A stretch of DNA of 64,000 nucleotides from Trypanosoma brucei (taxonomy: Eukaryota), in the NCBI GenBank assembly GCA_000002445.1, contig CP000068.1, positions 192,001 through 256,000 on the forward strand. The letters run 5' to 3'. The first letter of the stretch is position 1, and each line of letters starts with the position of its first letter. The notes under the pieces are model-generated. The model had not been told where the DNA came from. It was given only the letters and a program-made list of their open reading frames with translations, and searched no databases. Below, in pieces: positions 12,716 through 24,795 of the stretch. The position numbers and the translations under genes are program-made.

Positions 12716-12924
12716 TTTCGTTTATAGTAACGTTGATGGTACCCAGAAAGTTAGTGCCAAAGCTCTGGTCAGCCGAAAAGCAAAAAATAAAAGATAAAAA
12801 AGGGTAAAACGGAGGAAATCGAAGGGAACAAATACAACACATCACTTGGTTAAAGTTGGGGGGCACCACACACCACCTCACGAAATGACTTAACGCTTGG
12901 CACAAAACCCACCTTTGCTTCCAT
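12662..12924. repeat. Copy A of a ~263-bp segment identical to 18327..18589, covering the start codon, signal peptide and upstream region of an ISG paralogue
   Basis: The ORF-track entries 12648..12995(-) and 18271..18570(-) translate to the same peptide (…CQALSHFVRWCVVPPNFNQVMCCICSLRFPPFYPFLSFIFCFSADQSFGTNFLGTINVTINENVAYYCAWARLRAACLLL…). The nucleotide stretches gcaacagacaagcagcacgaagccgagcccaagcacaatagtacgcgacattttcgtttatagtaacgttgatggtaccc...cacctttgct are identical in both places. Confidence 0.85.
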
Positions 12925-14604
12925 TTAAGGGGGGGGGATTGAAAAAACTTACCGTAAACGCCGTTGAATGATGCCACAAACGGAAGCTTCATCACTGATG
13001 ACGCGACTGCATATCCTCTTTATTCATTTTTAGACGTTGCGAGACAAGTTTCCCATTTCAACGACTTCCCACTGGCCGCATTTCCCAACACACACACATA
13101 CAGAAAACTTACGCAAGATATCGCGAAGAGAGGCGCCTGCAATCACACAAACATTTCAATTCACCTCATCAACCATACAGTGAGCGGAATTACCATCGGG
13201 GAACCTTTCGTTGGTTTAAAGATATGACACCGCCTTTTCACTGGGTTACTTCCACAACTACCTACACCAAGAGCATGCGCACAAATGTTTGTATGTTTTA
13301 ACCTTCCTTAATTCGCTTTTGTACGAGACATTTTCATGTCCTCACTTAAAGCTATTTTCTTCCACAAAAAATATATGCATCATATATGTATTTCTTTTCT
13401 TCAGGACAGGGAAACTTTTAAATATATAAATGAAGTAACGTGTGAACGGCAGGCAAACACACAAAAGAGGTGACGGGAAGGGGGAATCCACTTCCTATTA
13501 CCACAATCTCGACCACAAAAATCTCTGAAGCGAATGAGGGAGGAAGGAAACTTAATGCCACGGCCATGTACATAAAATTTACCATACGATTCAAGTGCTC
13601 AAATATTAAGATTTCCCCCTTCTTTATATTTTTTGTTTTATTTTTTTTCCCTTCCTTTCTTGTCTTTAATGCACTCACCTTTCTTATACTCTACCACCCT
13701 CTGCCGCCACCAGGCATTTGGTGACCAAACCAATGAACGGTTACATTCGGTGTAGCCGATCCGCTTTTGAGTTTCATAAGAGATTAGAGAATGGCCAGTT
13801 GCAGCACAGGATGAGGTTGTTAAAATATTAACCGAAGTCGCTCTCTGCAATGCATGAGCGGACAAAACCAGAGCCAAACCAAAACGAAAAAGAAAAAAAA
13901 AGGGGCGAAGTCGGAAGCGTATGGGACCGAAATAATCAACCAGACACATCACAACAACTCTCCAACCCCTCCGAAAATAATGGGTAGGAAAAAATGAGAC
14001 TAGTTAATTTATTATTATTATTTTTTAATTTTTGAGGAAAGAGAAGGAAAAAAACAAGAAGTTGTGGTGTTGACATTACTGTCTACACTCATAACGGTAT
14101 ATGTGCAAATAGAAATGATCGGAAAATTTCCGAACTTGTGTCTTATTTTTTTTGTCATTTCAATGGTTTCCCTAAAATTTCCCGCACCTATTTATTACTT
14201 AGCTTTACCCTTCATTACACCTTTTGCTCTCCTAGCTATTTTGAACTCCCTCTCCCGCTTAAGTCACCTCTTTTCTTTCTTTCAAAAATACGATTGAACT
14301 ACTCTTCTAAAATACCAAAAGCATGTTACTTTAAAATTTTTCTCAAACGAATTATGGTTTCATTACATTCATCCCTTTAGAAAACAACAACACGTACACG
14401 CACATGTATGCTGCACGAAATGTATAAGACATGTGTTTATACCCTTTCCTCGATATGTTTCATCATGTGTGGCATTTTTTCGGCAGACGCGTATATAGAC
14501 TCATCCCCATGCTGTTTTTTTCCTCGAATTTCCGTGTGTTTTAAAGTGCAAAGCGCGGTCACGGAGGGGAGAAAACGATTGGTACGCACTTGAAAGCATG
14601 GCCT

Positions 14605-15870
14605 TCAGATTACCTTGTCTCCCGGTAGCGTTCCAGCCATGCTTTCTGCATTGCTGGCATCGGCACATTTGCGCTTTATCACTATTATCGTTACCGCCAC
14701 GACAAGGATCAGCACAGCTCCAACAGGGATGAATATATACATCATCAACTTAGCGAAGTTAGCGGCCGCAAAATAATCGCGCGCCTCGTCCACATGTTCG
14801 CGTTCCGTCTCATTTACCTGGAAGTCTTCATCAAGAAGCGTGTATTGTGTGAGGTTGTTGCCCACACTCTTATTCTTTAGACGCGATTTTTTCGTCTTAT
14901 TGATGTTTTCTAATACTTCCGGAAGGGGCCCCACAGTCTCGGGGTTCCGAAGTGCTTCGAAGAGTTCGTACAGCACCCATAGTTGTGTCTCCCCGTCGTA
15001 ACGAATTCTGTTGAGCTTCTTTATGTTGTTTCGAAGCTCTTCCATCTTTTCCATTGTCTCTTCGTAGCCGGTCACCCATCCTTCCCATACGGTGCAGGAG
15101 TGTGGAGAATGGTACTCACCATCTTTGCAGATATCCTCGCCCACCCTCTTTGGCCTTGCTTCAAACCACCTCGACAGGTAGCTCTCCATTTGTGTCACAG
15201 TGACATTTTCGTGAGGTATAGTCTCTCCATATTCATCTTTCCACTTTTTGCAGGATATGACATTCCTCTGACCCGCTGAGAAATTCTTTCGGAATCCAAT
15301 CACATCACAACTCTGACTTCCTGCGTGAACCTCCCCAATTCTGTCACCACCGCAGTGCCAGTTAAAAACTTTGAAGATACCATCGGCGTTGTCGTGGTCC
15401 TCAAGTTCGTTCTCATCACCGAGTGTCTTCGTTGCTGCATCCTTCACAATTCCAGACACCCTTCTGATCTTCGCCACTGTCTGATCTACTTGGTCTCTGC
15501 TCTTTTTATTTGCGTGCGCTTTGGCCTCTTTACACAAACTGTCGATCTCGTTACTGTCACTCTCATTTATCTTTGCATCCTCCCTTCCGCTTTCCTTAAG
15601 GCTCCGCACCCGCTTAACATAGTAATTGATGGCGTCCATGTCCGTCTTGAGGCTTTCCCCCATCTTTTGGACTTCTTCGACGAGGTAGTCCGTGGTTTCC
15701 TCGGAAATGTTGGTGAGCACATCCCGCAACTTGCACAAAGCTATGGCACCTTCTTTGTCAAGTTTCCGGTCCGCTTTGTATCTGTCAATTTTGTAACTCT
15801 CTTCGGAGGCGGAGGCCACTGCTGAGAAAACAAGTAATATATGACCAATGCAAAGGGCGTTGTATGACAT
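14605..15870 (-). CDS. Invariant surface glycoprotein-like type-I membrane protein, paralogue 2 (421 aa, divergent)
   Basis: Signal peptide MSYNALCIGHILLVFSAVASA. It shares family motifs with paralogues 1 and 3 (FKVFNWHCGGD, CTVWEGW). C-terminal TM helix (IFIPVGAVLILVVAVTIIVI) followed by the tail KRKCADASNAESMAGTLPGDKVI. Confidence 0.75.
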   Translation of the reverse strand: MSYNALCIGHILLVFSAVASASEESYKIDRYKADRKLDKEGAIALCKLRDVLTNISEETTDYLVEEVQKMGESLKTDMDAINYYVKRVRSLKESGREDAKINESDSNEIDSLCKEAKAHANKKSRDQVDQTVAKIRRVSGIVKDAATKTLGDENELEDHDNADGIFKVFNWHCGGDRIGEVHAGSQSCDVIGFRKNFSAGQRNVISCKKWKDEYGETIPHENVTVTQMESYLSRWFEARPKRVGEDICKDGEYHSPHSCTVWEGWVTGYEETMEKMEELRNNIKKLNRIRYDGETQLWVLYELFEALRNPETVGPLPEVLENINKTKKSRLKNKSVGNNLTQYTLLDEDFQVNETEREHVDEARDYFAAANFAKLMMYIFIPVGAVLILVVAVTIIVIKRKCADASNAESMAGTLPGDKVI

Positions 15871-17174
15871 AGTGGCTTATATATCAACGCCAAGGGATAC
15901 TTCCTTTTTTGTTGAGGCGTTTACTATTAGAGCTTTGACCGACCAGACTAGTAAGGGGAACGGAGATTGGGGAGACGGAACGAACGATGATTTTATAGCA
16001 GGAACCAACAACATGATAGTTGGGGGGTGAAGATGCAACGAGACGCACAAATTTCAACCATCACCGAGGGGGAATATTCCCCCGCTCTGTCCGTAACTTT
16101 AACAAAATGTGAGGGGCCGACTCAGCGTTTTTACCACTGTCTTCCTCTCAGGTTATACCCATACACATTATGAAAAGCATCAACATGCAACGGAATATAC
16201 ATCACCTCTAATGACGTTTGCTGAACAATGGGAGGATGTGAATATTCATACATGTGTGCTGCGCCCCCAGCTGCGAAACAGACCACTTTTGTGTTCATTT
16301 TCCGATGAGTGTTGAGTCGTCTGCCTCTAATCTGTTGTCAGTTTCCGTACCGAAAAAAAGGTGTAACATAACGACATTTATGCCAGAAGCTAGAGGCTAA
16401 GCATAAAAAAGATGGAGGAGAAAAGGGTGTTGCGAAGAAATATTGCCTCCACAGCATGTCATAAGGAAAGAGGTGACGAGAGTAGGCGGGATGTAGCGGC
16501 GAGGCGCTTCCACATCCAGAGCTTGTTGCAGCTCGGTCGAATGAATCAGATCACTAGCAATTTTTTTTCTAGACAAAGACGAAGCTTCCTTTCGCAGAGC
16601 ACCGTGATTTAATTCTGAAAGGAATTTCCAGAAGAAACCGAAGGATAAAAAATATTCCTCCCCTCCGCTTTTAGATGGAAGCGCAGCTCCCGTTCTCTGT
16701 AGATCAGCAAGCAAAAATATTACCTTTATGTGGCCTCCCACTGGCCACTTGAATAAAGGTATACGTATAATGATGGTAGGCGCTGTTCAAAAAAAAAAAA
16801 AGCAAAACAAAAACAACACATAGAAAGGTAACGAAAAAGCAAAAAAAAAAAGCAGAAAACGAGACGGAAATGCGAACTTAAGCGTGAATAGTGTGCCTTC
16901 CGAATACAGACTGCCCTCCTTCAATGAGAGGCAGCTGCACCAAAGTCTTTTTGCCCGTCGTTGCCAATAAGTAAGCAATAGTATTGTAACATTGTCCGAT
17001 ACACACAAAAAACAACCCTCCTCCTCTCGCTTATATAGATTATTCATTCTTTCACGCATTCTTTCTGGTTTTTCTGGATTCTTTTGGCTTCACTCACGTA
17101 CTTCGCACGAGGCGGAAGGTCCCCTACATTAATTTTAATTCAACTTCCACCTATGTTTTGTCTCAACCATCCGT

Positions 17175-18380
17175 TTAAAACGGGTCGATGTTTGTCGACG
17201 GCATTCCCTTGCCTTGGTGAACGCTACCGGAGGCCACATCTTCCTTCCTATCCTTTTTGCGGGCTCGGAAAATACAGAACAGTACCACCCCGATCAACAC
17301 AACAAGAAGAGGGATACCAACGTACATCAGCAACTCGGGTATCGTCAACGGAAATATAAAATGATCTCGTGCCCCGCTGAGCAAGTCATCATTGCTAAGG
17401 CACCTGGAGCTGTTTTTGCCCTCTTCCGGACAGTCGGTATCATTTCCTTCCAGCCTCGATTTGGCCTCCTGCAGAGCTTCACCAGCTGTTTTGCCGTCCT
17501 TGAGCATTTTGTAGGCCAAATACACTGAGGTGAGCCTCTTTGCCCCTTCACGGGTCGCGTTTTCTATGTGATGTCCGTTCTCCTCGAGGGTACTTAAACT
17601 TACATTCAGTTCTTCATAGTTTTCTTTCCATCCTTCCGACACGGTGCAGGGGCTCGAGCTGTTTTCGGCGGCGGCTCCACACTTCAAATTACCACCCGCT
17701 TTCTTCGGTTTCTTGCTCTCCCACTCATCAAATGCTTTGTGTAGACGTGCTGAAGGCGATCCGCGGTGATGGGTATTGTCTGTGCCGCAGGAAATTGTAT
17801 ACTTTCCACCGTCAGATTCGTTATTGTATACATCAGTGTCGCAGTGTTGACTCGGTGCTTTGTTCTTACCTTGACTTTCTCCACAGTGCCGGTGCAGAAC
17901 TCCGGAGAGTCCCTTGGAGTCGGTACCTTTCGCTTCTTCTCCCAATGTGGCCTTTGCCGCTTCCTTACTCTTTTTTGCGTCCTTTTCAATTTCGGTATAT
18001 AGCTCTTTGGCATCCCGTAAGTCATCCCTCGTTTCATTTTCCGCCTCTTCGCAAAACTCCTTAAGTTCTTTTTTAGCGTCGTCATCCGAATCTGGATCGC
18101 CACGGCCAGAAAGTGAGATCACCTGACTGCCAAAATATCCTACCCGCTTCCGGTAGTCCTTGAGATGCGTCACATTGTCTTCAGCCTTCTTGACGAGGTT
18201 GTCTGCTCCTTCTGTTCCAATCTTTTGTACGGTTTCTTTCAGTGCACACAACGCATTGGCGCCGTCTCGGCTAAGCTTTCCGTCTGCTACGTGTTGCGCA
18301 TCGCTGCTCGACTCCGCGAGTTTGCCAGAGTAACAGACAAGCAGCACGAAGCCGAGCCCAAGCACAATAGTACGCGACAT
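17175..18380 (-). CDS. Invariant surface glycoprotein-like type-I membrane protein, paralogue 3 (401 aa)
   Basis: The N-terminus MSRTIVLGLGFVLLVC is identical to paralogue 1. The family motifs are degenerate (HRHCGE, CTVSEGW). C-terminal TM helix (LLMYVGIPLLVVLIGVVLFCIF) followed by a K/R-rich tail. Confidence 0.75.
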   Translation of the reverse strand: MSRTIVLGLGFVLLVCYSGKLAESSSDAQHVADGKLSRDGANALCALKETVQKIGTEGADNLVKKAEDNVTHLKDYRKRVGYFGSQVISLSGRGDPDSDDDAKKELKEFCEEAENETRDDLRDAKELYTEIEKDAKKSKEAAKATLGEEAKGTDSKGLSGVLHRHCGESQGKNKAPSQHCDTDVYNNESDGGKYTISCGTDNTHHRGSPSARLHKAFDEWESKKPKKAGGNLKCGAAAENSSSPCTVSEGWKENYEELNVSLSTLEENGHHIENATREGAKRLTSVYLAYKMLKDGKTAGEALQEAKSRLEGNDTDCPEEGKNSSRCLSNDDLLSGARDHFIFPLTIPELLMYVGIPLLVVLIGVVLFCIFRARKKDRKEDVASGSVHQGKGMPSTNIDPF

Positions 18381-18589
18381 TTTCGTTTATAGTAACGTTG
18401 ATGGTACCCAGAAAGTTAGTGCCAAAGCTCTGGTCAGCCGAAAAGCAAAAAATAAAAGATAAAAAAGGGTAAAACGGAGGAAATCGAAGGGAACAAATAC
18501 AACACATCACTTGGTTAAAGTTGGGGGGCACCACACACCACCTCACGAAATGACTTAACGCTTGGCACAAAACCCACCTTTGCTGCAGT
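18327..18589. repeat. Copy B of the ~263-bp segment identical to 12662..12924
   Basis: See copy A. Identity breaks down at ...cacctttgct. Copy A continues with tccatttaagggggg and copy B continues with gcagtcaccggtgac. Confidence 0.85.
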
Positions 18590-21500
18590 CACCGGTGACA
18601 GACACACGCAATTTAACAAGGCGTAAACGAAACTCTCGTTTATGAGCACCCAGTCATAGAGCTACAGAAATAATTCCCCGAATGGCCCTATCTGGAGCGA
18701 CTGCACATACATCATCATCTGTTGTTAACAGGAGACGCGGCTCAGAGCACACAGTTTTGCAGAGGAACATTTCCCGTCGACGAAAAATGGCGCAAATATT
18801 GAAGCGTCATCACGATGAAGAAAGTAACGTGCCCTAGTAAACAACAATATGAATCCGCCGAACGCACGGGATGAATTATGTGCATGCGACGGCTAACGGT
18901 AAGCAGCTTTCACGGCATTTCATACCGTAGCAACACTCGACCCATAACTGAGTTGGGGATCTTCGGACGATTGTACACGCCTGTAAAATGTTTTCCATGC
19001 TCTTCGCTACATTTTTGAATATGTGGTAAAGAGGTGATGCAAACGTATTTTCAATGTCCCCAGTGGTGACTCATAACAACTGGTGCCAGACACATGGTTG
19101 CAGCGTTTGCGTGAAGCGGAGTGCTGAATTTTCCACAACACAGCGCGTTGCGAATGGAGTCCGTGGGTCGATCGTGTTTGCTACAGACGGGGAAATGATA
19201 ACACGGTAATCGATTCCGAAGTAGCAGACATACCCAAGCGCATGTGCAAAGGAGGTGTGTGCAAATAATGAGTACTCCCGTACAAGCTTCAGATTACGGG
19301 AGAAACGCTGTAACTTTATTTAACCATCCCCTCCTTCTCAGCTATCAAAAGAAGCAACTTAAGATATACATTCGCATGTTGACTAGACCATAAAAAGCAT
19401 AACTTCGAAAGGCATAGTCGTATCCACAAATATTAAAATACCTCCAACTAACTGCATCACATTCGGAACAGTAGTAATAAGCTATGTAAGTGAACCCCCT
19501 CGAATCAGACGACATGACTAGTTCGTCCCACTCTTATTTGAGTCGACTTACCTTTTTTTTTTTGGGTTGCCATCTCTTTTTTTTTTAAAAAATGCAAAAT
19601 TAATGATGTAGTCATTAGCAACGACTCATGCTGCAGTTGGCTACCGAATACCAACATAAAAACACAAACGTCACCAACAAAACGTTTGCGAAAGAAATGA
19701 CACTTTTGAAGCTTCCATCGGCGAGTAGATGAAAGCAATATACATTATCTGTTCACTATCTTAATAGTAATAAATAACGCTCACTCCTATCTCCACGTGA
19801 TTAGCAACGCAACGGGACAATACTTCATTTGCTTCAGCAATTCATCCAGCAGAGACATGCCAGAAGAATTTCCCTTCCAGATATCACTGCATTTTACCAC
19901 TGGTACTGAGGTGGGTTATCCACAACAAAATGTTCAATTTTGTTTTCTTTTGTTCACTTATTTCATCAGTCTGATATCAACAGCTTTACCAATCTTGTTT
20001 CTTTTCGAAAAGCCAAATATTCTTCCTTAATAATTACTCCAGTTTCTGTTGACGTCTGAACATTATAGTGGTCAGGGCTGCTCGGACATGCGATGCATTT
20101 TCAATCCGCGTTTAGCAGGGTTGGCATACCAAAGCACATTGGAACTAAGCGCCTCCAGGCCAATGAAATACAATACACCTATATGTAATATTGAACGGAG
20201 ACTAACGGCAAAACAAGCGACGAGAAGCAAAAATTCGCATTCAAAGATACAACCACAACTTACAAACATTTTATTTTTGAAATGCATGTAGCGCGTAAGT
20301 CCGTGTACATCACTACCAATGCGTATGACGACTATTTTTTTTGCTTTCCTTTTTGAGAAGTTTCGAAAGACCAAGACAAGACAGAGGGTTTGCCAGTCAT
20401 CGACGTCATCTCGGAATTCTTCAAAAGGGATCAAGAAGAACAAAATTTCCCCTTGAAGATGAAATTAAAACAAGTTACATGACTCTAAACCACCCCCATT
20501 TACACAACTCCATCATACAACAGCAACCAAAACACTAAAACAGTGGATATCTGTGCACTGACAAAAAAAGAAGGGAGGTGCGAAGCCCAAAGATAAAACA
20601 AACAACACCAGAGAAATTCAAGAGAAACTTGCAAGAATTTGAAGCATAACATGAATTTAGTTTCTTTACCTTTGAACAAATAATTACTATCCCCGCTCCT
20701 GTGGTTAATGCATAGCAAAGCAACTGAAATCCCAAAGTAATTTGGAAGAAAAATACATTAGAAAAAAAAATACAAAAAGTCGGGTTACAAACGAAAAGTT
20801 AAGTACAGCATAGAACACGTATTTTTGTCGTCAAAAAACAGAGTACTTTAGCGCGTAAAAGTATCACAATATCCAAAAAAAAAAACAACAAAGCTGGGCA
20901 ACACCCCTCTCCAGGAAAACAATTCTACAGCTGATGCTAACACCGAAAAAAAGAAAATCAAATGCCACACACACAAAAAAAAATACGTGACAGGATCACA
21001 AGCGAGTTTCTCTGTTCTCTTGCCGCACTTTTTTTCCGCCAATCTTTGATTCGGAAAAAAAAATCAGCGGCAATATCCCACATGATAACCATTCATTTCC
21101 AACGGAAGGTGAGAATACCCAACACTTTATTCGGTATTATTTTCCAAGCAAACATACTACCCACGAATAGTAAAAGCGATAGACAGCTACAAGTGACTTC
21201 TGTGCGTTGCCTAGACAGCGACAACAGAGTAAACCAAGGAAAACGTGGAGCAAAATACCGGATAAAAATACATTTAATTGCAGGAACATAATAATATTCA
21301 TAGCGGTGGTAACAAGGCAGATAACGTATCTACTGTTTATTGTTCCAATCCAGTTATACAGTTATTTCACCGCAAGGACATGTTAAAGCGAATTATACGC
21401 TATCACTTAACAGCATATATATTCGTTTACGGAATCTATCGAATATTATTTTCTACTTTCGCACAAATTTTTGAAGGGAAAATGCAAAAAAATAGGAGAA

Positions 21501-22052
21501 AAAAGTACACATGAAACGATGTAACTTCGCTGTGAAATTTGCCAAGCACCAGCAACTTCTCCCTTAAAATCAAGAAACTTAACAAATATAAAATGCCGGA
21601 AACGTGCAATTCAGACATTTAACAAATCACCAAAGAGGACGAGACAGAAAAAGACAACAACAACACCCACGCTAGCAAATAACAACGTTACGGCACTTCC
21701 TGTCAAGAAAAACCACGCGCAGTCTTTACAAACAGTGGGCCACACCAAACGAATGCAGGATTCTGAACGGAGGGTGCAAAAGCATCCCACGAACATGGAG
21801 GACGCCGACGCACCCAAGCGGGCCGCGCCTCCGGGCCCTCAACGCGGACACGTAAAGGTCCGAATCCACGGAAACGAAGTTCCCATACAAAAGCGTGGGG
21901 TCGAGACACGCAACCGGGGAGTGGTAACAACCAGCAACCCGGTCCCCTCCACTGCAGCATAAAGCCGTCACACGCACACGAAAGCACGGCGACCAGCGGT
22001 CCACGCCTGCTACTAGTCACTTCTGTGCTGTAGGCAACTCGCACCGCTGCCC

Positions 22053-22076
22053 GTGTGTGTGTGTGTGTGTGTGTGT
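22053..22076. repeat. (GT)12 microsatellite
   Basis: A gtgtgt... run of 24 nt is directly visible. Confidence 0.95.
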
Positions 22077-22239
22077 AGCCGCACTGTTTTTATAACAGCG
22101 ACTCAAAGGCGGAGCCGGGCAAACCACCCGCTGCTGCCTCCCGCTTTGACTCCGATTACTGCCTTTTCCAAGCCTCTGGAGGCGTTTCAGCCGCTCGCAG
22201 GCTGCTGGGGCACACTCACTGGGAGGTCATAGCGCCCCG

Positions 22240-22700
22240 CAGCATGCCGCGCAGACGTCCCCGTTGGCAGCAGTGGCGCGCTAACGCCACCAAGGGGCGG
22301 GATCATTACTTGGGGCTTACGCGCTCAAGTTCATCAATGCTCCTGGTGGCACCGTTCTCACCAACCCCGGGCAAACATATTGAAAACCCTGGAAAAAAAA
22401 AGGAAAAATCACTTCTCTACTGCACCGCCGAAAATCGGCTGACGGTGAAATCTTCTGGAAGGATTCCCCACAAAGCCTGGTGCTAACTGTCCGAGTAGGG
22501 CCGGTGTAAGTTCCAGGCGCAGCGATGTGCGGGCAGCCAGCGTCTTCCGCACAGTGGAGAATGTGAGGAACCGGACCCGCCTTCTACTAGGGGGTGTCCT
22601 GAAGTATGATTCGATTTAGTGTTAGTGGAGCATCGGTACCTTGCCCCACTGAGAAACCGAATTTTCGATTTCGGTTCCAGCCGGGGTTGCATGGAGACAT
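22240..22700. ncRNA. Candidate small structured RNA (possibly a pol III transcript such as SRP/7SL-like) in a GC-rich island; strand and ends unresolved
   Basis: GC-rich non-coding block; motif and terminator detail is in the GC-rich-island finding. On the + strand it has an SRP-like GUUCAUCAAU...GGUG segment. On the - strand a T9/T5 pol III-type terminator follows a GCCGA-UUUU-UCGGC hairpin. No tRNA or spliced-leader sequence was found. Confidence 0.25.
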
Positions 22701-24762
22701 AGTACCCAACGAAATGTGGGATACCATGGTAGTAGAATAACAGCGGGTGCTGGTTTCTCCGATGCATCACAAGTCACTGGCGTGGATGGCGCAGTTGGAC
22801 AACAACACCTTTTTGTTTTGCTTTGCGGGAGTTGCCTTTGGTCAGCTCGGCGGAACTTTGTTTGTAGAGAGGACTGAAACGGCGACTGTAAAATGGAGCA
22901 GTCAACGTACGTTCGTACTCCCACGAGGCGTTTAGTTGTACTGCACAACGGAACGAACGACAATCTCCTGGCTGGAGGTTCTGAAAAACCGGATTGCTGT
23001 TGAGTAGTTTACTTGGCAGTCGGCGGCACGAACGTTTTTATTATCCATCGGGACGTAAATGACAGTCATGCTCTTTCTTTAGTTTAGTTGGCACCATCTC
23101 TGATGAGGGCAAGTATGTGGGGCATAATCTTTCGGATGAAGTTCAATATTTCTTCTTGTCGTGGCGCATAAGGGTGAAGTTTTTTTTTTTTTGACCAGTG
23201 CCATGGACTAGGGAAGCATTATCGATAGCTTTAGTGGAAACCCAATTACTTTTCTGAGGAGACTGATTGCTAACACGAAGGCTACTGGACACAATATTTT
23301 CCCTGCGTCTGTATCTCCTGAATGACTTGTCTTACAATTCTTAGGAGTGAATAAGCTCAGTTATGGAAGGCAAGTTATCCAAATCTGAGTGGAACTGACA
23401 CTACATTGTTTTCTGTAACGCGGCTGCGTGGGATACTAGGACGTTGGTGTTCCAGTGCACGTAAGAAGTCGCCCTTTCTACCGCTGATTTTTTGGACCAA
23501 TTTTCGTAATCGGTGTGTGCATAAGGAAGAGTGCAGCTACTGGCCATTATGAAGCGGTTATTCATGAACTTTCAGTGTTACCTTTTGGAGGGTCCACACT
23601 AAAGACCTCAGGGGGATTAGGCCACTGCGTTTGTACTGACAAATGAAGATCTTTTGATAAAATTTTATTTGCTACCTGGGATTTCAGTTTCAACCCGGTG
23701 GCTTCGCCGGTTTCCAGCAGTTAACTGAACAGCACTTTGTCTTCCGAATATATGCTCCAATGTTCTCGCGACAGGACAGGTTTGCGACACGGAGAGTTAG
23801 TTGCATTATGTTGTGTATTTTTAGGAGGATGTTTTCCTCTTTTTACGCTATCAATAATACAACTAGGGTTCGCTTAACCTGCAAATGGTCACAGGGTTGA
23901 TTTCTGCTGGAGAGTAGCGGTGATTTAACTGCAGAGTGATAATGTAAGAAGCACTAAAAGCCTCTTGACCAAACCGAAAAGTTAGGCCGCACCCCACAAT
24001 CAGGGACACTGCCTGCATATGAAAGATACGCAGCATTTATATCTACATGCTGGGGCACAATTATTTTGCTGAAAGAATTCATTACAAGGATCTCGCTATC
24101 CAAAGTGGCGCATGCGGGACGGACCCCCGAAGATATTCGTTTCCCCGGCGTACACAAAGACATTCGTGGGTACAGATACGTAGGAGAGTACACGTATCCG
24201 TTACTGGAGTTGGGTCCAGTTACTGGTGGCAACACCTTTGGTTGTTATGTTACTACTTACGGCACTCCAGCCACTTTTAATATCGGAGGCAGCTGCGACA
24301 ATTCGGCTTTGGCAGACTGAACCACGAGTCCGTAATTGTTTCTGTTCGTTGGATTGTTTCACACACGTTTCCCTTTCACCACCGAGGTAACTCAACGGAT
24401 GCTTCATGAAGTTAGAACGAGCGCTAAGACTAGGTAGGGGATTACTTTCCAGATGTGGGTTCCCCCAGCCAAAAGAAAGTTATTATGATATGGGGCACGG
24501 TGGTAGATTTGTTTTCTTTGCCTACTCATTGATTGCTTTACCACACATTCATTTTGCGTTGCATCGCCTTGTCATCAAAGATAGCAAAGAACTGCCGAGA
24601 CATATATTCAGGGTAAAGAAAGAAGTTTTGCACTACTTGTTTTGTCAGGTTGCAGCATCAGTGATGTATACATGATATGAAGTGTGAAGAGGCAATACCC
24701 ACTCTTCCCACTTGACTTCGTGGAGCCGAAAAGATACTAATAACCTGAATATACGTGACTCG

Positions 24763-24795
24763 AGAGAGAGAGAGAGAGAGTGTGTGTGTGTGTGT
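24763..24795. repeat. Compound microsatellite (GA)9(GT)8
   Basis: The run cgagagagagagagagagag followed by tgtgtgtgtgtgtgt is directly visible. Confidence 0.95.

Noticed and set aside
15325..15825. The 166-aa + strand ORF inside ISG paralogue 2, and similar antisense ORFs inside ISG paralogue 3 (17540..18064), the trans-sialidase, GRESAG4 and the 962/965-aa genes
   Set aside because: Antisense or out-of-frame ORFs fully embedded in much longer, motif-supported CDSs. Their composition is unprotein-like (Cys/Arg/His-rich). They are by-products of long coding regions.
22483..22963. Minus-strand ORFs of 95 and 113 aa in the strand-switch region
   Set aside because: They are low-complexity, Ser/Pro/Arg-rich and lack signal or motif content. 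They sit in the GC-rich island, which I interpret as non-coding or structured RNA. No support as genes.
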